From NCBI GenBank assembly GCA_030141605.1, contig JAQGDQ010000100.1:248001-312000 (forward strand): a stretch of DNA of 64,000 nucleotides, in the 5' to 3' direction. The notes beneath the pieces are model-generated. The model was given only the letters and a program-made list of their open reading frames with translations. It was not told the DNA's origin and ran no database searches. The position numbers and the translations under genes are program-made. Position 1 is the stretch's first letter; every line of letters starts with the position of its first letter. This DNA comes from Tubiluchus corallicola (Eukaryota > Animalia > Priapulida). This document shows positions 52,868 to 64,000 of the stretch, piece by piece.

Positions 52868-53820
52868 GTTTATACAAGTGTATTTTTTACACACAAACAA
52901 ACTGTATTTAATGAACTTTTTTTGATGTAAGCCTAACTGAATCTTAAAAAATTAGGCCAAATATAAGTGACGCCTACAATGATATTATAAGGTATTATGA
53001 CCCACCAGCAGATTTTAATTTATGTGTCAGGTTGGCTTCTCACCAGAATTCTGTAACTTGATTTTGACCTAGTTAGTGGATTGTTACAGAGGTGGAAGTA
53101 ATGCCGGCTGCTTAGAATGACAGCTCTGGTGTTTCGTTTTGTTATTTTTTGTGCACTGACAATAAAAAAGGAGTAATGTTGTAAATGCATCTCCGTTTAT
53201 TCAACGTAATTTGACAACCAACTTCGACTCATAAAAAAGGCCAATGTATGATTATATGCTTTTTAAACATCTTTTAACTTGGAATTAACAAAACATGCAG
53301 ATTCTTAGATTAATTTTGTTCTGGAAAAATTATTTGCTCTTCTAAAAAAATCGATTTTTTTTCTATGAAAGGTATTACACATGAAAGTCAGGTCTAATAT
53401 TTCTACAAGTTGTATTTCCTAATAAAAACATATTAAAGAGGAATGTTTTTTAGAAAAAATATTTCTCCAGAAATAGAATACTACATGAGGCAGGTATTGC
53501 AAACTCTCTTTATGATCAATTTTTTAACTTCTTTGTAAGTAAGCCTATTAATTTTCATGAGATATAAACATAATAGTTTTTATTTTAACTACTAATTCTT
53601 CTTAGGGCCTTATGCTTGCTTAAATAATATTCAAAAATATAACAGCTGCTATAAATCGCCAAACACAGATGTAGGCCTTGCAGTCTTTGCTTAGTGTACA
53701 AATATTTAACTTGTAACAAAAGTTACAAAACTGTGTTATAATTATCATTTTGTTATAATTACCTGGCTGCATCCTCGGGAAATTTAAAAAGATATTTTTA
53801 TTTGTGTTTTTGCAACTCAC

Positions 53821-54040
53821 TGCTGAGCAATTTATGAGTGCCTGTCGACCGGCCTGGCTATGGTGGTCTCATCAATTCATCTGCTACAGTACACACTGGT
53901 GCGTGAACAGCTTGCGCTATAGTGTACCTGACAACAACAGCCGCTAGGGCGATACTCATTGCGCGAACTGCTGTGCATTGCGTTTCTATACTTTCTGCAG
54001 TGCCTATTATTTGGCTTCAACTGCTTAACTGGTGATTGGT
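53821..54040 (-). promoter_or_regulatory. Candidate NHE promoter / non-coding first exon
   Basis: CpG-enriched patch with a minus-strand CCAAT (54039-54035) and donor CA|GTGAGT at 53821/53820 (alternative CAG|GTAATT at ~53762). The NHE ATG exon begins at an acceptor TTTCTTAG| (46845), so an upstream exon is required. Confidence 0.4.
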
Positions 54041-54449
54041 AGCAAGCGGGACGCACCGTCAAGCACCTTTCAATGTTTGGAACGAGGCCATCTTCACGAC
54101 CTGTCTGTAATTTTTTTTCAAAACTACAAAATAAAAACTTAATAATACTCAGTAAAGTTACGAATTTATGAAACTGAATCTGCAGAGACTGCAATTAATT
54201 AATGAATCCACATAATCCAAGGTTCTTATGCAATGGGATCTGTACTAAAAAACTAATTATTTCTTCAACCAAAATGCCAATTTAACTTGATTTTTGAAAG
54301 CAGTGAGTTTGCGGATCTGCAAGCAAACAATGAACTTTTAGATATCTAGATAGCAGCTCTGTACATTTCCCTTGCTGTTTGGGATTCTAATATAGTTTAC
54401 CTTACTTCTGGGTTTTTTGCAACCAAAACAACCATCCCATAGAAAGCAG

Positions 54450-55560
54450 GTTATCCATTTGCGAGGTCAGCAAGATGTTGTATATAAATGCCATCTGTTG
54501 AGATCGGACAAACTAATTGGCTGAAAATGGGAGACGAAAAGAGAAATTTTCTGCCCAGGATGGACATGTACAGATGTAGGTCAACCACTTTGCCAAAAAA
54601 GGGTGGGTAGCATTGCCGGATGGTATTGGTCACAGGTGTTGGGCTGCACAATGCGCACACTCTCTTTAACTTTTTCTTGGTGGCAAAGTGAACTAGCAGC
54701 TCTCAAAAATGGAGTATAGGCGACTTTGTTGAACGATGTCTTGGCATCTAAGACCATCTGCAGGGAGACGCGATACAATGTCCTGTTGCCACACACATTG
54801 TATCTGTCTCAAAAATTTGAGTTTGACTGCTATGCCGAAACTTGGGACGTCTTTCGATCTGGGACTTGGACGAACAGTTGTAGATAGTCTAGATGTGTAT
54901 ATTGCTGAAGTTGTTCACAACTTTCATATTTTCTCCCGTGACTGCATGAGATGTTTCAATAGGTGGTGTGAAGTCTGACAAATAAATATTATACTGCTTT
55001 AATTAGTGCTGCTGTTGATAACATGCCATGGGAGTGACTTCCATCCAGAACTCTTCTACAGAATCAGAAAGCACATCCATCAGTTCCACGAAGGGGAGAC
55101 ACGATGTCGTTATCTGTGCCAACATCCATCATACCAATGATCTCTCCATCCAGAAGTCAATGACAATGGTGAACAAGTTCGGTGCAGTCTCACACCCAAT
55201 GACTTAGTGAAGAGATATGAGAAAGAGGACTTCTTTGTGGGCTCTACAATGTAGGTACTGTTGGGTAGAGATGAGTTTTAGAAGGAGCCAGAGAGCAGCA
55301 CCACTATTCAGGAAGTGGAAAGCAGCTTTCGGTCTCAGATCAACATAGGCTACTGGAAGTACTTCACAGAATTCCATTTACATTGGGCCAGAGCCAAGAG
55401 GATACTAAAAACATAGACGGTTTTCAGAAAAAACTCACAAAGACTTGCTTGATTCCACTATGAGATGGGTCAGAAACTTAGTCAAGATTGAAAGAATTGT
55501 GATGAAATGGGAGTTGGGACTTTATCATCCAACTGTCGTTCTTCCCCAACTTGGCTTGGA
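54450..55560 (-). mobile_element. Highly decayed RTE-clade LINE remnant
   Basis: Minus-strand fragments ITILSILTKFLTHLI, VAYVDL..KAAF...ALWLLL, GCETAPNLFTIVIDFWM, GENMKVVNNF and TNTIRQ..PFFGKV parallel RTE RT blocks in the expected order. Confidence 0.65.
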
Positions 55561-58059
55561 ACTGACATGGCACAGGCCTCCATAATATACATATGGGTTA
55601 AAAATGTCTGTGGACCAGTTTGGGTGGAATTTTCTAAGGCAAAATGATTGCTCTGAAAGCGTTGCTAATTGCGGAAATTTTCCTTTGACATAGTACCATA
55701 CCATACCCTACAATTTTGTCAGTGACTGATTAAGTTCCTAATTAATTTGTTTCTTCACAACGATTTACTGTTCTTACATTTTGTGTAATGTTCTGTAAAA
55801 TAATCCATTTCTTGTAACATCTGTGAAAATACCGCTATTTTTTAATTAATTATTAATTTTTATAAAATTTTTGATATTTCACCAATAATTAAGCTTTTTA
55901 TCATTTGTGACACATTCTTACCATTTCAAAATGCTGCTGATGATTTTTTCAATTTTTTCCCGTATATGCACATATTATTTGCAAAATTTTTTGAATTGTT
56001 TAATATTTACAACAAAAATTCTTTTTCAGTAGATCATAGTGATGAGAGTTATCAGACTAACAATGATTTATACAGAACACAGTTTGACAACAGATGTTTA
56101 ATTTTTTCAGAATTTTTTATTAATTGTTTTTTAGCACAAAATAATTTTTTATCTTTTTATCTCCAAAAAAAAACTGCAGCAAAGATCTAGACAACGATTA
56201 GTCTAGCAAAGCTTAATAAAATAAGGCGTCGATCAGTATTAGAAAGACAAAAGAGTTTGTCATGAATCCACTATATCAAAGTAAGTTATTGGTAAACAGT
56301 TAACTTGGTATGCATTGCCTGGTTCTTAATTTTTAAACACAGATTTTTAAACATGATGATTTTTAAATGGTATTTGGAATTTGCTGATGTTCCCCTTCAA
56401 AGAGTCCATGTACTCTAGTTATCTTACAAATAAGCGAAGTTTTTCTGATTTCAGTTACTTCACCTCGTTACGAGTATGTCCACTTATTTCCAGCAGCTTT
56501 TTACAAGTGGATTATAAAGACATTGAACGAACTAAGTTATAGCAATTACTCACTCTGTCATTACTACTCTCAACAGATTTGTTTGCCTAAGGCTTGGATT
56601 GGCTGCTTATGGTCTTAAGTTAATCCATTATGATCATGTTACGATGCAAGATCTTCTGTGGTGGATCTATAACAATTACTTAATCTCAAGTAGTCAGTAT
56701 GAAAGGCTATAGGCGTGACAGTGATAGTTTATTACAGGCTTAACTGGAAAATATAATTGTCAATCATGCCCGGCTCTATAATCAATTATTAGCCATCACT
56801 TGGACTGCTAGCAAAACCATGCACTCCTCCTGCTAGAGTCATTTTGTAGGGCTAAATAGTAAATACAATCTGCATTAAAGGAAAACTTACCGAGCTAGCC
56901 GAAGGTATTAATTTATTTATTTTGAGATCTGTTCACGTTGATTCAAGAGATAGATTAATAGCTATTGTGTTACCTGACTTTAAAATTTTATTTGTTGGAC
57001 CATAATTATGTGAACAACTGTTAGCCACGTGACTATGTCCACTGAAAAGAAGGATACCTGGTGCACTGTACCAAAATCCAAGGCCCTTTAGGGACTACGC
57101 GGCACCATAGGTCCTCAAAAATTCGTAGACTAGTGAATTTTTTTTGTTAATAGCTTTAATAGAAAAGGCGTAATCACGGGTCTACGGCTCATTCCACTGA
57201 TATAAATTATTATGTACGACTGCAGCAACGGGTGTTATACTTAATCATTTACTAAATAATGATTTTAAATATCCAATTTCATTATTAAGTCGTAAAATAA
57301 ATTTAATTTAAATTAAAAAGATCGACTTTTGTATTTATAAAATAAATATGCAGTCAATAAATTTTAACATAACATTAATAGGTTAATTTTCGCTTAAAAT
57401 TCTGTTCATCTAAAGACGGCTCGATTTATTCCGCCTCTAACGTACTCTTCCAATGGATTCAAATACGCAAGGTAAATGTTTACATTGAGACTTTAACACC
57501 AATATACTTAGAGTAATTAGTTTACATACGCTAGTAAAAATGTAAATAATGCTTGGTATGACAATAGAACCTCAGAGGTCTTCGCCCACAGTAAGAGTCC
57601 AAAATGGATCGTGACTGTCAGATAGAGAACGCCGAAACTATATGCCAAAGTCGGACATATAACTATAATGCCAACAAAGACGCAGTGCGTTTTTCTTCAC
57701 TTTTTCTTGTATGAAATTTGTCTGAAGATATACTTATTTTATATTGGCTCACACAATTACGTGAATTTATACCCTTTGTTTGAAATTGTTTCGCAAGGGC
57801 GGCTCAACAATATAACGTTGATGAAAAAATTGCTGCATTAATTACCTACGACCAACACCAGGGTAGAATGGATTTCCTTAGTCGAAAACACAAATATTAC
57901 GGATAAAATTGACGTTGCCCGAAGAGGCGGATTAAAAAAGTAATAGAAATTATTGGCAGACAAAAAAGCCACAAAAAATTCGGAAAATAAAAAACATAAT
58001 ACTGATGATAAAAGCAAGGAGAAAAAAATAAGAGATAAAATCGTCATCAAAATACGCGT

Positions 58060-58540
58060 TATTTATGTGGGCGTGTTTCCAATGTAGTAAATGTCCTGCT
58101 CGTTTTCATTCATGTAACATTAACTACCAACGGGCAACAGCCAGTAAAGCACAAACATTCCAGGCAGTGCCAGTCAACCAGCGTGGAATGAGGGCCGTTT
58201 GACAGCCGCTTGTTGCAGGTTGCAGCTGCGTCGTGGAGTGGTCGGCATTCTGCGCGCGTTCTGGAAACGATCTGTTGTGAAGTGACTGAACTTGTAAATC
58301 AATAATGCTTACGATGGAGGAAGATGGTTCTTCTTCGATAGATGTGTTTACGTGAAAATCATCATGTGTTTCTAGTTACTGAATTGTCCAGGCCTGGATC
58401 ATGTCGCGAACTGAATGGTTAGCCTACAAGTTGAATTAGTGAAAAACAGTCGTAAGCGAAATAACATAGTTTACCGCAGTCTTAATAAAGGAATCATGAG
58501 ATGAAACTGCACGTGTGCTGCAGACGACACGATACAGAGG
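58060..58540 (+). promoter_or_regulatory. Candidate promoter and 5' non-coding exon of a downstream + strand gene
   Basis: GGGCGTG and CCAAT at ~58069-58083 are followed by the most CpG/GC-rich stretch of the right half of the window, ending in a possible donor GAG|GTACAG (~58539). No coding exon was recognised within the window. Confidence 0.35.
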
Positions 58541-60238
58541 TACAGTAAAAAGCTCATTAACTTGTTTTGCGTTTCTATGATAAAATTTTCTGAAAATTAT
58601 ACTGAATGATATAATTAAAGTAATGCTATAGTTGGTTGCTTATGGATGAATGTTTGAGATATGTATAATGCCAATACAGTGATCCGTAATATCAAAATTT
58701 GATATTGCTAATAATAATAACAAAAATTAATATTGATATTGTTATTGCATTTTGTTTTATTTATTTATTTTATTCATTTTCCATATACACACAAATTACA
58801 TGCAACACAGTACAAAAACACATATTTAATATAAAAAAATTGGCATAGAAAATTAAAAACTGTATGTTACTCAAGATAAATAAAAAATTATAAATTGTAT
58901 TATAAAAATTTTGTAGTGACTAAAGAAAGGGTAAGTCCACTAGCCACAGGGCACTTACAGAGGAATAGAATTTGTATAAATTTTTAAACCTTCGTTTTTT
59001 AATCTGTATTCTGTAGTTCATCAAAAATTTGAGCTGCATTAATTACTGGTGCTTTTGTGGTCATATGATAAAACTTGATTTGTCTTACAAAAACTAACGT
59101 GCATACCTGTACGTAGAAGTACCCAGAAGTACCTAAAATTTTCCACTATGTGGATAGGATTACATTATTATCCTTACTGTTTCGTGACAACTATTACCAG
59201 CGAAATGTCAAGTGATTCAAGTGTCGGGAAGCAGGTTAAAGCTAATCTTTTTCGTGTGTAATAAGTGCCAGGCAGTAGCTAGGCATTGAATAAGCAAAGC
59301 ATTGTAGTTCGCGTCCATCCAAAAAATTTTTTACAATAAGGGATACGAAGAGTTTTCGTCTAAATCATATGACAAGAATTCCATGTAGCATTTGCATGCG
59401 CACTATCACGTCGTCTAGGCTCTAGACGTATTAAATCTATGACATATGGTTTGCACCCATCCATTTTAGCGCACTTCACTTCCAGTTAATTATTATCCAT
59501 CTAACTAATAATGTAGAATATCTAGGATGTCATAATAAAAAACATTATTGTCAGTTTTATTAATATGAACGCGACGGGTTATAGTCAGCCTAATTCTAAT
59601 TTATATGTTGCTGTTTATAACTTAGGTCAGTATCTGATTATGTTCGAGTTTTACAACCTCAGTTTCTATATGCAGTTCTGATTTTATGCATCATGAGTAT
59701 CAGCAAATTAAGAGTGTAATACTGTGCGTTTATATCTGTGCCTTTTAACTTAGATTTAAGTGTTTCCAGAAAATTAATTTTCTGCTTTATGCTGATGAAT
59801 TTGTAGCTGACTTCGGCTTGTAAAAAGCACAAGTTACAACATTAATTACTATGGGAGAAGGCACTGTTTGCAGCTGCTGGTAATACATACGGTCTATTGA
59901 ATACTGAAACGTACAATAACCCACAGTTCCATTCTACATACTGTATTCATTACCGTTTCCTGCCTGCTAAATTGTCTTCCCATATTGTTATTTTATGTTT
60001 GTGAGTGCAAAATGTTTTTAAACGTGGTTGGTTTTATTGTTGGATGGACGAACGACGGCGTTGCTAGACTTGTTATTAACCCACCGTTTACTAATTTGCT
60101 CTTTGTCGCTAATATTTCTAATAAGGTTCTTTTCCTGTAATTATTTTTGTGTTCAAATCAATAGTTTTGCCGTTTGTTTGTTTACATTTTGTTTTGAGTA
60201 GAGACTATAATTTCAGTTATAGTGACTGTACAATAAAC

Positions 60239-60577
<339 letters not shown>

Positions 60578-63500
60578 ATTACGTTTTCCTTTACACTTCA
60601 TTCAATGAATTTTTCAATGAATAAAAAACAAGCAATAAATAATAAATGACTGAGTGAATGCGTATTTAGAATAAGTATAAATATGAGTAAGTAACTAAAC
60701 GAAGTGAGCAAGCCAAACAATACTCACTCATTAACTCGCACATTCATTCCCTCATTCATCCATTCATTTTTTCATCTATTCACTCACTCTCTCGTGCACT
60801 CTCACTCTCACTCTTATCCGTCTTTTAGCACAAGCAACTAAACGGTCGCAATAATTGTGTACTTAGCTAGCAACACTGTCATTTAGAAGCTGCAAACTTG
60901 CGGAGGCCGAATACTCGGGTTACATATCTATGCGCAAGAACTCGAATTATTACCGACAGCAACTTTTGTAACTTGTAGAGCTGTTGTTACCACTCAAGCC
61001 AAAGTCATTCGTGACTTATAGATTAATGTTTGCTACCATTTTGTAGTTTCATTTTTTTGTATCAGATCTAAATAGAGTTTTAGTTTTTATTTAAGGTTCA
61101 TATAACTGTGCTCGTAGAATAAAATTGGAATACTTGGCAAAAAAAGTGCAAAAATATGCAGTATTACTATGGGCTATTTTAGGCTATTACTTTTCATCAT
61201 CTTACATTTACAGTTTAATGTGCAAAATTAATTGGCTGTTTAACTGATAAGAAACGAATATTACTAAACTTCACGCATTGTGTTCATCACACCGAAATTT
61301 TTTTGCAATTTCCATCTGAAGATTAAAATAGCATACTGAAACGTCGTGCTTACCAATTTCCTCATTTTTATATATTAATTGTTATTATTAGGTCAGTTGA
61401 GAGAAAATAGTTCGACAAGAGAAGTATTTTTATATAATGATAATTGTTTTGTTTTCTGTCTAAAATAACTAGAATGAACATTGGGCAGTTAAGGAGGATC
61501 CTAAATACTAAGGCTCTTCACTTGAATTTTGACCTCACCGTTACGATAGATTCTAAAAAATACAGTCAAAATCATGAGACATAGTTCTGTTATTAACTTC
61601 TATGCCTAAAATTGTCTATATACATCGTCTGTTGTCTTTCAATAATGTTTTTGAATTTTTTCTTCCTGTTTGTAATAGTCCGAAACTGTGAACGAGTGAT
61701 GCATTTGCGTAACTAAAATGTGATTATAGCCTGAAATGTTTCGTTTTAGAGAGAAATTCTTGCAAAAATGAAAAAAGTCACGTGAAGTTGGCAAATTATG
61801 AAGGGTTATTTATATTTATTTGTGTACATTGTTGTTTACTTGTTTCTAAAATAAAAATGTTGACAAATGATGCTACATGTTATTGTGATCTACTTTAAAA
61901 GTTGTGTTTCTGAGCCAAAACGATTTAACACGTCTCGGTCTTGCTGATTTTGGCAGGAAATCTTTCATCAATGAATACCGCAGGGATTTTGTGAAAGAGT
62001 GTCTTTGTTAGCTTGTCATAACTTGTGGTAGATGCGTAGGAAGATGTTTAAAATGTTGTGTTTTAGAAAAAGTTAGTAATAACCTCACCAGTCGTTTCGA
62101 ATCCCTTGGTATGTAGATTAATTATCTTTACAATGCTCTTTTATATGGCTTAATTATAATACACTAAGTACTGCACATCACTGGGTTAACATTTATTCAA
62201 AACAATCTATCCTCCTTGAAGACGTCATAACCGTAATGTTGTTTACTCGCATTTAGTCATTTAACAGTGGTTGAAGTCGCAGACTTAATGAAACAATATT
62301 GGGCCTTACGTCTTTGTCAAATTTTGTGTATTTCATTTGTTACCAGCAATTTTTTCACTTTATGTTAGTCGCTGTGTATCCTTATGTAGATTGTGAAGAC
62401 CTATTAGTTCGACGTTGTACTATTTTTAGTCGTGCATCATCTGATTATATTAGTGGAATTTCTCGTTATTAAATTAGCGTATTATCCGTGTTTTGTTAAC
62501 CAAGTTGATTTAGTAGTCGTTCCAAAAGAGGTTGGCTTCTCTTGTCAGTATTTTTCCAAACCCCGTGTTTCAAGAATTTGTTTAAAAGCGCTGTCATGTT
62601 TATGTCATTGATTACCCCTTTTAAAACACTCTAAATTAATCACATATGTTCCTTACTTATAAGCCATGTTGGTGTCGTGTTGAAGCAGACGTTCAGCGGA
62701 AGTTTTTATTCACAAATGCAGCTGTTACTATCTAATAGTGCATAGCTTTTAAAGCAACACAAATTCATAATTTTTAGGCGTTTTTTGGAAGATGCAAAAA
62801 AGCAAGTCGGAAACCGGTAGGATTATATTACGTTAGCTATTCCATTTGCATCTTCGGTATTTTTGCAGCACATTGATCTTCTTTCAACGTGACATTTAAG
62901 TGCTATTTGTCTACATTTATTCTCAAATTTTCATTCCGCTAGATTAGGTATTTACATTAAAAAAAAGACTATAGATCATGTGTACTACAATATATATAAA
63001 TTTCTCCCTGGATTTATGTAATTTGCGATATTACTGCAATTTTGACGCCAATTTGAAACGCACTAAAAGCCATTTTTCTTACTATGTTAAATTACATTCT
63101 GGAATTCAACGTGATTAATTTTTATGTAGTTAGATGAAGTGAGCAGCGGTTTCCCGAAATATCGTTAATACTAAAAACCCGTCTATGATTAACCATAACT
63201 ACCTCCCTCTTTATTTTTATTATGAACACATAACACCACACATCGGATTTTAATTTTAATACTTTTTTACTGTTTGTGCACAATAGGCCCACAACATCGT
63301 AAAAGTCGTTTGAGGTAAATGCTGCGCAGAATTAAACAACCGTTTTTATTATGAGTTTGTAATTTCACGGATAACATCGCACTTTTTTCGGATGTTTGGC
63401 ATCTATTTTTAGTATATTGGAACTTGTGCACAAAACGCAAGACAATGTACCTAACTTTGAATTGTTGACTGCATATACTTTTACCATGGATGGCGTAACT

Positions 63501-63679
63501 AACAACATAATCACTATAAAAAGCTTAGCTGTCTAAATAGTTTTCTATTCTTCTGAGGTAATAGATGGCATTGACTCATAGTACTTGCACGTATATCTGC
63601 TCGGGTTGCCTTTTCTTCAAAACGTGAATTTGACTCTCAGTTAAGCACTATAAGCACAATTGGATTTTCTCAAAAAGTT

Positions 63680-64000
63680 TCTTCTTTTCTTTATTTCGTT
63701 GTCTGTCGTGTGTTTTGTGCTCTCTTGCTCCCGCTCTCCCCCTCTGTTCTCCTTGCCCCGTGTTTTCTTATTTTCCCCTACATTTTTATCCCTTTTCCTC
63801 ATCTTTTCAGTTCTCTGTTCCCTCACGTTTTCTGTCCTCACATCTCCTCCCTTCCCCAAGCACTGTTCTTCCTTTTTCCTGCCCCTGCCTTGCCCTGTAC
63901 AGGGCTGTGCTCCGTCCTCTTTTTTTTCTGTCTTTATCTTCCCTTTCTTCCTTTTTTCTACTTTTCCGTTTTACTGTTTTTTTTATTTTTATGATTTCTT
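63680..64000. repeat. Pyrimidine-rich low-complexity tract
   Basis: Mostly C/T on the + strand. The ORFs here are compositional artefacts. Confidence 0.75.

Noticed and set aside
58750-59090. Possible minus-strand LINE 3' end with (AAAT)n tail
   Set aside because: Plausible, but there is too little recognisable coding sequence to call it.

Overview
AT-rich, intron-rich animal (invertebrate-like) genomic DNA. I reconstructed four protein-coding genes by hand from GT-AG splice sites and reading-frame phase. (1) The 3' part of an ENL/AF9 (MLLT1/MLLT3) YEATS + AHD gene (+, 84-5820). (2) A complete 275-aa alkaline ceramidase (ACER1/2-like; +, 11617-19886). (3) A 24-coding-exon plasma-membrane-type Na+/H+ exchanger (SLC9A/NHE; -, 24496-46765), convergent with the ceramidase and apparently sharing a termination zone near 21.9 kb. 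(4) An intronless class A GPCR (+, 43297-44241) nested antisense inside an NHE intron. Introns and intergenic DNA hold many transposon relics: two decayed RTE LINEs, a CR1/L2-type LINE interrupted by a solo LTR, an internally deleted hAT with a 5-bp TSD, several MITEs, 5S-derived SINE heads, minisatellites and long GA/CT tracts. The solo LTR has a 5-bp TSD and a perfect heat-shock element next to its TATA box. No prokaryotic systems or CRISPR arrays were seen. The most notable items are the nested receptor, the HSE-bearing solo LTR upstream of the NHE start exon, and the tail-to-tail ACER/NHE poly(A) junction. Any functional link between them is inference only.
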